IMG/VR virus record: IMGVR_UViG_3300035670_000035 | Span: 64,001-128,000 of that record | Source: a virus | DNA length: 64,000 bases | Direction: 5' to 3' (one strand) | Part shown: one piece after another, positions 55,816 through 64,000 of the stretch | Layout: each line of letters begins with the position of its first letter | Position numbering within the stretch: position 1 is the first letter of the stretch | Translations under genes and position numbers: made by a program | The notes under the pieces: generated by a model | What the model saw: the letters and a program-made list of their open reading frames with translations, nothing else | What the model was told of the DNA's origin: nothing | Database searches by the model: none

Positions 55816-56634
55816 TTAGGCGCCAATTAATATATGATCTTGACTTTTAACACCAGCCTCTAGAGCTATAGAAGCTATTTGAATATCATCCAAAGAAGTA
55901 TTAGAAGTAAAGTTAGATAGTTTTGCGCCAGTAACTCCAAAAGATATAGTTCCCATTGAAATAACTACGTTTTGTGGATCATTTGTTCCAAATTTTGGAT
56001 CTGCATTATTTCTTAAAATAACTTCTGCTTCTACTGTAACTTTTGGAGGTCCGTTCAAAATAGTCGCAATTGAATCGATTTGTCCAAGTTTATTTATGGT
56101 TTGGCGTGGAATATCAAGAGCATAAGAGAATGATCTACATTCATACTCTGTACCATTAAATGTAATTTGAATTTGATCTGGTCTAGCAACATTTATTGCA
56201 TCTATTGTCCCAACTTGGGATGAAGAAGGCTCTCCAGCTGTATAAATTGCATCTACGGCTTGTATACTTACGCTAGCGATTGGTATATTTCCAACTGATC
56301 CTTCAACTGAATAAGAAGTAACAATTCCACTTTTTATATCAAGTGATCCAGCGCCACTAATTTTAAAATCACGTCCAGCTACATCTGCTAAGGTATTTTC
56401 TAAATTATTTAAACCAATTTTTACATGATTATCGCTACCAGTAGCTATAGCATAGCTATAATTTAAAGTTACAGTTGGCGGTTCTACTTGAATATTATCT
56501 ACCGCAAATACATTACCAAATTCAAAAATATCCTGACGACTAATACTGAAATCTACGTCTGCGCTTTGAACAAGATTAATTTCTTCTCCTGTTACTAGTA
56601 ATTTTTGTGCTGGATAGTGTGTTACATTTCCCAT
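55816..56634 (-). CDS. Major tail tube protein (two tandem tube-like repeats)
   Basis: VQSADVDFSISRQDIFEFG...PPTVTLNY and CRSFSYALDIPRQTINKLG...PPKVTVEA; AGGAG Shine-Dalgarno; position after the terminator gene. Confidence 0.75.
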   Translation of the reverse strand: MGNVTHYPAQKLLVTGEEINLVQSADVDFSISRQDIFEFGNVFAVDNIQVEPPTVTLNYSYAIATGSDNHVKIGLNNLENTLADVAGRDFKISGAGSLDIKSGIVTSYSVEGSVGNIPIASVSIQAVDAIYTAGEPSSSQVGTIDAINVARPDQIQITFNGTEYECRSFSYALDIPRQTINKLGQIDSIATILNGPPKVTVEAEVILRNNADPKFGTNDPQNVVISMGTISFGVTGAKLSNFTSNTSLDDIQIASIALEAGVKSQDHILIGA

Positions 56635-56661
56635 ATATTTTTTCTCCTATAAATTCATACT

Positions 56662-56671
56662 AAATTACATT
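56662..56671 (-). promoter_or_regulatory. AATGTAATTT variant of the late motif
   Basis: In the intergenic gap upstream of the tube gene. Confidence 0.45.
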
Positions 56672-56699
56672 AAATTAAAGTATTTGAGAACTGATTAAT

Positions 56700-57545
56700 T
56701 TAAATTGTCCTTACCTTTTTAAGGGTAAAATCAACAAAAGCTGGATATAATACGTTTTTAAAATTAGTGCCATTAAATCCTAAATTTGGGACCTTGCTAA
56801 CCCTAACTTCATCAATATATAGCCTATCGGTACTATTTGACTTGCTATTAACTATATTATTATAGTTATAATATCCGCTTGTAAAATTGCCTAGATTATC
56901 CATACCTAGCTCACTTGAATTAATGGTATATACAAAAGTATTGCTAGTATCCCTTAATATTGAGCAAGCCGCATCTAAATTAAATAGATTATCGGCCACA
57001 ACTATAGCTCTTACATTTAATATAGAGTCTTTAACGCCTCCAAAAGCAAAAGGCTCGTTAGTGCCTCCATTGTATTTAACAAATATCGAAGGAATAGTCT
57101 CTGTATCATCAGCTAAACCAGTTAAATTTTGAGTTACTTTTGGTCTTACCTTATATTGGGTCTCAAATAAGATCTCTTCTTCTGGCTTATTAGTTAAATA
57201 TATATTAAAGTCTTTAACAGCATAATTACCACTAACTGTACCCGCTGGATTACCACTAAAATATACTTGGCCGCGGTAATGATTTATTCCTTTTAAATTA
57301 CTGGTATTAATAGTAGTAAATGAACCATTAATGTATACTCCAGACATTATATTGGCTCCGCTAATTGAACTATCGGCTATAATTTGCTTAAATGGTAAAG
57401 CATAGGTATTATAGGAATAATAAGTGCTTGTTATAGGAAATATTTGACCACTATAGTTTGTGTAAGCTTCACCAACTGAACATAATTTATGATCAATAAA
57501 TAGAAGCATGCTAGAGGTGACTATATTATCAAATTGGCTTTTCAC
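56700..57545 (-). CDS. Putative tail terminator / tail-completion protein
   Basis: Synteny (adaptor, stopper, neck, terminator, tube); IPSIFVKYNGGTNEPFAFGG...LNVRAIVV. Confidence 0.55.
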   Translation of the reverse strand: MKSQFDNIVTSSMLLFIDHKLCSVGEAYTNYSGQIFPITSTYYSYNTYALPFKQIIADSSISGANIMSGVYINGSFTTINTSNLKGINHYRGQVYFSGNPAGTVSGNYAVKDFNIYLTNKPEEEILFETQYKVRPKVTQNLTGLADDTETIPSIFVKYNGGTNEPFAFGGVKDSILNVRAIVVADNLFNLDAACSILRDTSNTFVYTINSSELGMDNLGNFTSGYYNYNNIVNSKSNSTDRLYIDEVRVSKVPNLGFNGTNFKNVLYPAFVDFTLKKVRTI

Positions 57546-58132
57546 TTAATATTCTTTACACTTTTTACAAAATTCGTTACTATTTCAGACATATATTTAA
57601 CTGGCTTAAATGTTCCTGTTCTAACTCTATTTTCAGATTGTAAGGCTTCTCCAGATCTTCCCTTCTCGAATCTTTTAGCAATATAACTACCAAATCCAGA
57701 GATGCCTCTTTCGATCCCAATTAGCCAACTATTGCCACTTTCCCAAGGCATTCTTGTTAATCCATCTAGGTCTTTATCTGTAGGATAAGATATTTTATAA
57801 TTAACATTAATTTTATTTCCAACAGTTTTTGATTTTAGTCTATCTAATTTAAAAGCATTTCTAATAAATTCTCTAACTGATCTTATGGGATCTGAGCCTC
57901 TTTCAAAACCTATGTAACTAAAAAGATTGCCAATTCCATTTAGCGTTCCGGAGTTATTTGATGCTGTTGGGCCTTGGCTTATCTCCTCTGTTACAGGATG
58001 ACTCTCAAAATCTTGAATAAAATTATTTTTTAATTCTTCAAAGTTCTTTTTGATTTTTTTATCTATTGTTACTTCAAATTTTGCGGAATTTTTAACTTTA
58101 TTCCTAACCGCAGAGTAATTAATTCTGCTCAT
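57542..58132 (-). CDS. Putative neck / tail-completion (HK97 gp10-like) protein
   Basis: Basic, Gly-rich (GNLFSYIGF, WLIGIERGISG); synteny. Confidence 0.5.
   Translation of the reverse strand: MSRINYSAVRNKVKNSAKFEVTIDKKIKKNFEELKNNFIQDFESHPVTEEISQGPTASNNSGTLNGIGNLFSYIGFERGSDPIRSVREFIRNAFKLDRLKSKTVGNKINVNYKISYPTDKDLDGLTRMPWESGNSWLIGIERGISGFGSYIAKRFEKGRSGEALQSENRVRTGTFKPVKYMSEIVTNFVKSVKNIK
57553..57562 (-). promoter_or_regulatory. AGTGTAAAGA late motif embedded in coding sequence
   Basis: Inside the last codons of 57542-58132 (KSVK), ending 7 nt before GTG 57545. Confidence 0.45.
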
Positions 58133-58133
58133 T

Positions 58134-58577
58134 TTATTTTGTTTCTTCTAGATAAAAATAATAATATTGAAGTCCCTGATAGTCTTTTACAATATCCGTA
58201 CTTATTAAATTAAAAGATTTATTATCGAAGGTTATTTTTTCCGTAGAACCTTCTAATATATAATTTTTTGCATCACTTTTTACTTTAATTGAAACTATGG
58301 GATTACTTGTTTTAATTTGTATTTGCTCAATTAGATCTGGAGTAGCATTATTTTCATATTTAATAATTGCATAAAAATTTTGACTAATTGGAGTATATTC
58401 TATTTGTTCTTCAATTGAGTCAGTTTGATATCCAATTATTTGTGGATTTGATGTAGAAATAGTTATTTTTTTAGATGGAGTTTTGTGAACCGTGATTAAT
58501 CTTTTAAATGTATCAAAATGATCATTTATTGCTTGATGAAAATCTGTTATTTCTTGAGCAGATATAAAAGAAGGCAT
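58134..58577 (-). CDS. Putative head-closure (stopper) protein
   Basis: 147 aa, beta-rich; KITFDNKSFNLIS...YYYFYLEETK; synteny. Confidence 0.55.
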   Translation of the reverse strand: MPSFISAQEITDFHQAINDHFDTFKRLITVHKTPSKKITISTSNPQIIGYQTDSIEEQIEYTPISQNFYAIIKYENNATPDLIEQIQIKTSNPIVSIKVKSDAKNYILEGSTEKITFDNKSFNLISTDIVKDYQGLQYYYFYLEETK

Positions 58578-58580
58578 ATA

Positions 58581-59186
58581 TTATAAATTTTCTATGTTTC
58601 TTAAGTAATTTGTAGAAGTATATGGTCTTGTTGGGTCTTGATAAATATCATCTCCAGCAATTTGTAGTGGACTTACTTCGTTTAAATTATAACTATCTAT
58701 AAGAGATTTTAACTCTAATGCTTCCTGTTTCTTTAATTCAACAAAATTTAAACCAAGTTGACGTATAAATTGTGTATTGGCTTTTATTGTTTCATTGGCG
58801 GTTTTTGTGCTACTTGATTTTTGATAAGTAAAACCATTTTCTGAAATTTGTATACTATCTGCATTATTGACTCCAGTTGTACTTGTATCTGTGCTAATTA
58901 AATTTATATTTCTAGATTTTCCAATAAGATTTACGATTTGTCTATCATAATAACTTATATTATACATTTTTTTAAATATAACTTTTTCTGTGAGAGTAAA
59001 AGTCTCTGGGCTGATAGCGTCAACCTCTAAATCTAAAGAATTTATGCTATATTGTTTATTTATTAATATATTTAATTTACCTAAATTTGTACGCAACCAA
59101 AAAGCTATAGATGCTATGCTAATATCTTCTGGTTCTCCTAATTCACGATAGATTTCGTCTGCAATATCTACAATTTTATTAGTCAT
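58581..59186 (-). CDS. Putative head-tail adaptor protein
   Basis: Helical N-terminus (IADEIYRELG...WLRTNLGKLN), QISENGFTYQK; synteny. Confidence 0.55.
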   Translation of the reverse strand: MTNKIVDIADEIYRELGEPEDISIASIAFWLRTNLGKLNILINKQYSINSLDLEVDAISPETFTLTEKVIFKKMYNISYYDRQIVNLIGKSRNINLISTDTSTTGVNNADSIQISENGFTYQKSSSTKTANETIKANTQFIRQLGLNFVELKKQEALELKSLIDSYNLNEVSPLQIAGDDIYQDPTRPYTSTNYLRNIENL

Positions 59187-59193
59187 ATAATAG

Positions 59194-59203
59194 ATATTAC
59201 ACT
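59194..59203 (-). promoter_or_regulatory. AGTGTAATAT late motif, leaderless geometry
   Basis: Ends 7 nt before ATG 59186. Confidence 0.65.
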
Positions 59204-59240
59204 ATATAAAGCAAATATTAATACTAAATAACCTTAAAGA

Positions 59241-59918
59241 TTATCTATTATTTCTGGTGCATTTTAGTATTTTTATAGAATCTCTAAATTCAAATTTTAC
59301 TATAGGATTATGACTATAGGTTATATCAAATCCACTATTCATTAGTTTATCTGTTATTTCATCGATATTTCCAAAATAATTATGAACTTCTATAGCCATT
59401 TGCTTAAACTTTCTTAAAGTTTCTATAGGCGCACTTTTTATAATCTCAAATTCTGCCCCTTCTGCGTCTAACTTTAGACATCCGTCTTCAATGCTATGTT
59501 GATTAACAATGGTTTCTAGGCTAATTTTATTTAATTTTTTATCTGGATTTTCAGCATAGTATACTTTTGTTTCTGCTCGATTTTCAAAATCTGGATCACA
59601 GTTGAAAAACCCATCCTCATTTGAAACTGCCATTCGGTAACTTTTTATATTATTACATCCATTCAATCGTGCGTTAGATAAAATAAACGATTCGCTCTTA
59701 AATGGTTCATATGCAAATACTTCTGATGCTCCCATTCTTGAATAATATATAGCGGTTTCTCCATAAAAAGCGCCAATATCAACAACTTTAGCTCCTTTTA
59801 CGTCCATCTCGTATATTCCACCCATTATTTCATAAAATACATCATTTAGATATACTTTATTTGGATAATAATCTAAACAATCAATCTTAATATCTAGTAT
59901 CTGATTCTCTATCCTCAT
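59241..59918 (-). CDS. FkbM-family methyltransferase
   Basis: VVDIGAFYGETAIYY, VFAYEP, LKLDAEGAEFEII, IEVH. Confidence 0.9.
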   Translation of the reverse strand: MRIENQILDIKIDCLDYYPNKVYLNDVFYEIMGGIYEMDVKGAKVVDIGAFYGETAIYYSRMGASEVFAYEPFKSESFILSNARLNGCNNIKSYRMAVSNEDGFFNCDPDFENRAETKVYYAENPDKKLNKISLETIVNQHSIEDGCLKLDAEGAEFEIIKSAPIETLRKFKQMAIEVHNYFGNIDEITDKLMNSGFDITYSHNPIVKFEFRDSIKILKCTRNNR

Positions 59919-60538
59919 TAGATATAGATCTTCTTTTCATGATACAGTCTTAAATCAAGATAGCGAAGTTGTATTTTATTATCTCTAAAGAAATTAATAT
60001 CTTCTGGACGATCATCGTAATGAAATTGGTAATCTAAATTAATTTCTCCATAGTAAAAACCTAAACCAGAAACAGTATCTGGCAGTTCATCAAAAGTTTT
60101 TAATTTAACCAAATCTTCATCAGAGTAAAAAGAATATTGATCATTTTTCTTTCTTTTCATCATAACATTTACCATACCATTTTCTGTTGCAGTATGTTGA
60201 ACTCTATAGTTAGCTATAAGATTCCAATTATTTTGGTCTGCTTTTTTAAAAGCATCAACGACAACTCTTAAATCAAGATTCGTTGGTAGGATTATATCAT
60301 CATCTATTAATAATGCTCTTATTTTCCCACCGTGTTTTACTCCCATTTTATCAAGAGTATTTTTAGCTGTATTAAAAGCTGCAGTTCGTGAAGCAGGAAT
60401 TCCTTTATTGTAAACTGTGATTGGAAAGAGTCTTTTATTTAAAAATACTGGTATAGTAGATAATTTCCAGAGGGTTTCTATATCAGCTTTACCACCACCA
60501 GTAGGAATAATAATAAAGAAAAAATCTTCTTTTACCAT
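59918..60538 (-). CDS. GT-A fold glycosyltransferase (GT2-like)
   Basis: FFIIIPTGG N-terminus, RTAAFNTA, ALLIDDDII (DxD), GLGFYY, EDINFF. Confidence 0.65.
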   Translation of the reverse strand: MVKEDFFFIIIPTGGGKADIETLWKLSTIPVFLNKRLFPITVYNKGIPASRTAAFNTAKNTLDKMGVKHGGKIRALLIDDDIILPTNLDLRVVVDAFKKADQNNWNLIANYRVQHTATENGMVNVMMKRKKNDQYSFYSDEDLVKLKTFDELPDTVSGLGFYYGEINLDYQFHYDDRPEDINFFRDNKIQLRYLDLRLYHEKKIYI

Positions 60539-60569
60539 AAAGATATTATACTTTAAAAGTAAATAAAAA

Positions 60570-61442
60570 TCAATATTTTTCTTCTATATACAATTGAACG
60601 TCTCGAACACGGATTACTCTACCAGAAATTCCAATATCAAACCAATATTCAGTTCCAGTATTTAAACCAGTTATTTCTGCAACCCAAGAAGTTCCAACAG
60701 GATTTGGAATACTGGTAGCTGGATTGGTGGTGGGGACATATTTAGTTCCTCCAATTCTAGTTCCTCCTAAGCTTACTAGATTTCCAGAATAAACTGGAGG
60801 AGTTCCTGTGCCATACCAAAATGTAGTAGCCTGTGCTGTATCAGTTGATATTCCGCCTATTTGAGTAAATGAAATAGAAGCGTCTGCTCTTAATGTACCT
60901 ACATATTTTGGAGTAAGAGTGCAATTTGCGCCATAAGCAATGACTGTAGTTGAATTTCCTCCTCCAATTGAATTACCTGAATATATAAATTTTTTATTTT
61001 GCTGAGGAGTTCTAATCATTCCAGAAACATCAAGATTTCCATTAACAAATAATTTAGTCGTTTCAGTATTTGGAAGTCCACCTATTCCTAATGCATTTCC
61101 AGTTAATACAAAATCATTGCTATTATAAGCTCCCATAATAACAGTATTATCATCAAAAGCTTCTATGATAGGAAGACCAGCTATATCGTTAACGCTAAAA
61201 AGAGATCCAGAAAGATTATCTGTTACAGAAAATAGTCTACCATTAGCGCCATCTACGGAAAATCTATCTAATCCAGTAACATTAGATACATAACTAGTTA
61301 AATTTAATCCACCATAATTATCAAAACTCATTCTATTAGCAAAAGCGCCACCAGTGAAATTAGTATTAAATGAACTAGCTCCAGCAGTTCCTGTGGCGAA
61401 TTCTATTATTCCTGAGTTTGGATTGATTAATATGTTGGGCAT
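60570..61442 (-). CDS. Fibre-like virion protein
   Basis: FSVDGANGRLFSVTDNLSGSLFSVNDIAGLPIIEAFDD trimeric beta-fibre segment; KLFVNGNLDVSG. Confidence 0.6.
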   Translation of the reverse strand: MPNILINPNSGIIEFATGTAGASSFNTNFTGGAFANRMSFDNYGGLNLTSYVSNVTGLDRFSVDGANGRLFSVTDNLSGSLFSVNDIAGLPIIEAFDDNTVIMGAYNSNDFVLTGNALGIGGLPNTETTKLFVNGNLDVSGMIRTPQQNKKFIYSGNSIGGGNSTTVIAYGANCTLTPKYVGTLRADASISFTQIGGISTDTAQATTFWYGTGTPPVYSGNLVSLGGTRIGGTKYVPTTNPATSIPNPVGTSWVAEITGLNTGTEYWFDIGISGRVIRVRDVQLYIEEKY

Positions 61443-61449
61443 ATAGATA

Positions 61450-61459
61450 AAATTACACT
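61450..61459 (-). promoter_or_regulatory. AGTGTAATTT late motif, leaderless geometry
   Basis: Shares its first A with the TAA stop of 61459-62160; ends 7 nt before ATG 61442. Confidence 0.65.
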
Positions 61460-62160
61460 TATGTTAATTGAAATCTTCCTTTTAAAGATTTAAAATTTGT
61501 TAAAATTTCTTGTGGATTTAATGCCCTGTTGTATATCTTTAAACTAGATACATATGTATCAGATTTTCTACCTCCTCCAACGCTATTGTAAGATATAGTA
61601 GAAGATGGCGCCACAAATGTTCCAACGTTTTGATTATCATAAATGCCATTTATATAAGATATACCTTTAGTTCCATCATATGTTACAACATAATTAATTG
61701 GCGTATTAAGGATAACAGAATAATTCGTTATAAGATTTAATGTACCACCACTTTGAGTAGAGAAGAATCCAAGTTTGTTAGTACTTTGCTGCATCCCAGC
61801 TCTAAAACCATTAGTTAAATAGCTTTCACATGAAAGAAAAAAATCAAAAAAATTGTCTCCGTATCTTGTAAAAGAAAACCATATGCTAATTGTAAAATTA
61901 GTAGAAAGATTTAATGAACTCCAAGTTGGTAAACTAGCAGTTTTACCAATGCTTGTACTGCCTGCTTGTCCTTCAAAATATATTCTTCCTAAATATTTAT
62001 TATCGCCAATTGTACCTGCTGTTAATGTCGCAGTTTGATTTAAATTTACTAAATTTCTCCATGTTGTGGTGCTAAAATTTGAATAGCTTCTTTTATCAGC
62101 AGCATTAAGATCTAATACAAGCCCATCTGTAATTAAATCTGGGCCACCAGCGCAACTCAT
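61459..62160 (-). CDS. LamG/concanavalin A-like domain protein
   Basis: GLVLDLNAAD..SY, FTISIWF, VVTYDG...YINGI, KIYNRALNPQEI. Confidence 0.88.
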   Translation of the reverse strand: MSCAGGPDLITDGLVLDLNAADKRSYSNFSTTTWRNLVNLNQTATLTAGTIGDNKYLGRIYFEGQAGSTSIGKTASLPTWSSLNLSTNFTISIWFSFTRYGDNFFDFFLSCESYLTNGFRAGMQQSTNKLGFFSTQSGGTLNLITNYSVILNTPINYVVTYDGTKGISYINGIYDNQNVGTFVAPSSTISYNSVGGGRKSDTYVSSLKIYNRALNPQEILTNFKSLKGRFQLT

Positions 62161-62846
62161 AAACTAAACCTCCCCTTTAATGCATTGTAATTCTGCAAAA
62201 CTTCAGAAGCTGATAAATTTCTGTTATAAACTCTAATAATAGCCATAGAACCGTTATAATAATATCCAGCTAGATTGGGTGTTCCTCCATTATATGCACC
62301 AATAGTCATGCCATTATTATTTGTACTAATTGTACCAGCTTGGGTATCAGAAGTAATTAATTGTCCGTTCAAATATAATCTTCTATTTCCTGAGATAAAT
62401 GTTCCAACAACTTGATGCCATCCATTTATAATTAAATTTGAAGTACTAATTAATGCAGCAGTAAGACTACCACCAGTAAAACGTTGTCTCCAAGTAATAT
62501 TTGCTCCTTCTAAGAATAAACTGTATTGTGTATTAACAGCGCCTTTTTCAAAAAAGAAACCATTTTGATTTAATATACTTGTTCTAAACCAAACTTCTAC
62601 GGATGGAGTTTGAGTATTTAATAAAGTATTATTTGGTATTGTTCCGCCTTGAGTACTACCATTAAAAGAGAAATTACCAAAATTACTTGTTGAAAAAGTA
62701 GGAGAATTAATTAAAGTTACATTATTATCATTTTGAGACAGATCTTGCCAAATTGTTCCACTACCAACATAACTTTTTCTATTACCAGCATCTAAACATA
62801 ATACAAGACCATCTGTAACTATTCTTGGAGAATGATGAAGGCTCAT
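62157..62846 (-). CDS. LamG/concanavalin A-like domain protein
   Basis: GLVLCLDAGN..SY, SVEVWF, WHQVVGT, LYLNG, RVYNRNLSASEV. Confidence 0.9.
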   Translation of the reverse strand: MSLHHSPRIVTDGLVLCLDAGNRKSYVGSGTIWQDLSQNDNNVTLINSPTFSTSNFGNFSFNGSTQGGTIPNNTLLNTQTPSVEVWFRTSILNQNGFFFEKGAVNTQYSLFLEGANITWRQRFTGGSLTAALISTSNLIINGWHQVVGTFISGNRRLYLNGQLITSDTQAGTISTNNNGMTIGAYNGGTPNLAGYYYNGSMAIIRVYNRNLSASEVLQNYNALKGRFSL

Positions 62847-62847
62847 T

Positions 62848-63576
62848 TTAGTATATTTTCCATTTGTTATTAAGATAATTTTGTATTTTTAGAATATTAG
62901 TTAAAGATGGAATTGGAGAATATACAATAATTTCGCCAAGAAAACCTTTTAGAAAATAAGTTGCACTATTTTGAAAAATATTTGTATTTTGAAATACATT
63001 CGAAACTGTAGAATAAAATGAAGTTGAATTTATTTTTGATTCCCAAAAACTAGATCTAGACTCGACGCTATACATAGTTAAATTTGTTAGATTTTGCGAT
63101 GGATTACTTGTCGTTTTTCTTGTGTTAGTAAATGTTGCATCATAAATTGTTCCATCTGTCCAAGGTATATGAGAATTTAAACTAGAAATTGTTCCTAATG
63201 GATGTCCAGCGAGAATATTTGCTGTAGGAGGATCATTGTCTATTTTAAAAATACATATTGCAAATGCAGAAGTTGCAGCTGAGGTATTTATAGCGCTAAA
63301 ATATTGAGTTCCATCCATTCTTATAAGACTTAATCTATTTTGTCCATTTAATTTTAAAGTAGGTCTTACGCCAGCAGTTGATTGAAGAGCGTGTCTACTG
63401 TTTCCACTTTTATCTTCCCATCTGCCAATAGCTGTTCCGTCTGCAATAATTCTATTTCCTCCAGTATTATTATCAAACAAAGTAGTTGAGTCATTTGCAT
63501 CTAACCATAAACTTAATCCACTAATAGTTTTTGGAAATATGCTTTTTTCTGGCGTAGTTCCATATACTGTTGCCAT
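62848..63576 (-). CDS. LamG-like lectin domain protein (WLDA type)
   Basis: LSLWLDAND, WEDKSGNSRHALQ, FLGEIIVYS, IQNYLNNKWKI. Confidence 0.82.
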   Translation of the reverse strand: MATVYGTTPEKSIFPKTISGLSLWLDANDSTTLFDNNTGGNRIIADGTAIGRWEDKSGNSRHALQSTAGVRPTLKLNGQNRLSLIRMDGTQYFSAINTSAATSAFAICIFKIDNDPPTANILAGHPLGTISSLNSHIPWTDGTIYDATFTNTRKTTSNPSQNLTNLTMYSVESRSSFWESKINSTSFYSTVSNVFQNTNIFQNSATYFLKGFLGEIIVYSPIPSLTNILKIQNYLNNKWKIY

Positions 63577-63577
63577 A

Positions 63578-64000
63578 TTAAAACTCCACAGTTAATTTTG
63601 GTATATCTTTTCGTTCTGCTGTGAAACTCCAATAAAATTCATATTCATTTTTATCAAACCAGCCGCGATTAGTTCCTACAACAAAGTTATTTTCTTTTAC
63701 ATTAACTTCTTTTACGAATAATATCTTGTCGTGATTAATGTTTGTGAGTTGAACATTTACTTTGTCTTCGTTTACTAAGGCAGAAATATAATCTGGTAAG
63801 TTTACTTTAACTGAATCGGCGCTAATTTTATTTTTATCTGTTAATCTAATTCCATGATAAGGAGACTCTAAGCTTCCGTATTGGAGTTTTTTGCCAATTA
63901 TTGTTGGATGATCTATTAAGAATGATTTAGAAGCTGCAGAAAGATGACCAGTAATTGTTGTGTTGCCACTTACTGTTAGATCACCTTGTAATGTGCTATT
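63578..64000 (-). CDS. C-terminal part of a tail/head fibre with chaperone-like end (partial, runs off right edge)
   Basis: Reads NSTLQGDLTVSGNTTITGHLSAASKSFLIDHPT...LQYGSLESPYHGIR...FYWSFTAERKDIPKLTVEF*. Missing from the ORF track because it lacks a start in the window. Confidence 0.75.
   Translation of the reverse strand, partial: NSTLQGDLTVSGNTTITGHLSAASKSFLIDHPTIIGKKLQYGSLESPYHGIRLTDKNKISADSVKVNLPDYISALVNEDKVNVQLTNINHDKILFVKEVNVKENNFVVGTNRGWFDKNEYEFYWSFTAERKDIPKLTVEF

Noticed and set aside
1-64000. Short antisense or nested ORFs in the track (e.g. 2578, 2893, 8298, 15503, 24472, 33610, 45520, 51428, 56887)
   Set aside because: They lie wholly within long, motif-bearing genes, have no recognisable motifs and show composition expected of shadow frames.
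1-64000. Stop-codon reassignment (code 15 or 4) as in some large phages
   Set aside because: Genes are full length and tightly packed under code 11, and TAA, TGA and TAG all terminate genes at sensible boundaries.
1-64000. tRNA, rRNA, integrase or attachment sites, contractile sheath
   Set aside because: Intergenic gaps are all under about 70 nt with no cloverleaf-like sequence. No recombinase of integrase type or sheath-like ORF was recognised; they may lie outside the window.

Overview
This window is a 64-kb fragment of a large, AT-rich tailed dsDNA bacteriophage (Caudoviricetes). It is probably a siphovirus morphotype, because tube, chaperone and tape-measure genes are present and no sheath gene is recognisable. 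Two gene blocks converge at about 18,870. The + strand block (1-18,874) holds the end of a sugar-nucleotide-type operon (nucleotidyltransferase C-terminus, cupin, a form IV RuBisCO-like protein, a GDPD-like phosphodiesterase). It continues with a replication/recombination module (RecA, DnaB, ThyX, primase, Cas4/RecB-like nuclease, a Pol III alpha fragmented into PHP, DnaQ-like and catalytic genes, a Rad52/Sak-like annealase) and a glycosyltransferase cluster. The - strand block (18,864-64,000) is virion morphogenesis: LamG/fibre genes, an inserted GT2 + FkbM pair, neck/terminator genes, tail tube, chaperones, a 1,809-aa tape measure protein, tail-tip proteins and several large FG-GAP/RCC1/vWA/IPT adhesin-like proteins. 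The strongest leads are: (1) a RuBisCO-like enzyme in a glycan-biosynthesis context alongside five GT genes and two methyltransferases, with very strong S/T-G dipeptide enrichment in virion proteins (possible virion glycosylation system); (2) a PD-(D/E)xK nuclease-like domain inside the tape measure protein bracketed by four G(Y/V)(I/V)PNF motifs; (3) two promoter classes readable from sequence, near-consensus sigma70 promoters often built on the upstream stop codon and a recurrent AGTGTAA-W7-WAAGG-N2-WAAGG late element, many giving apparently leaderless mRNAs. All product calls rest on motif recognition by eye; no database searches were run. No tRNA, rRNA, CRISPR array or integrase was seen.
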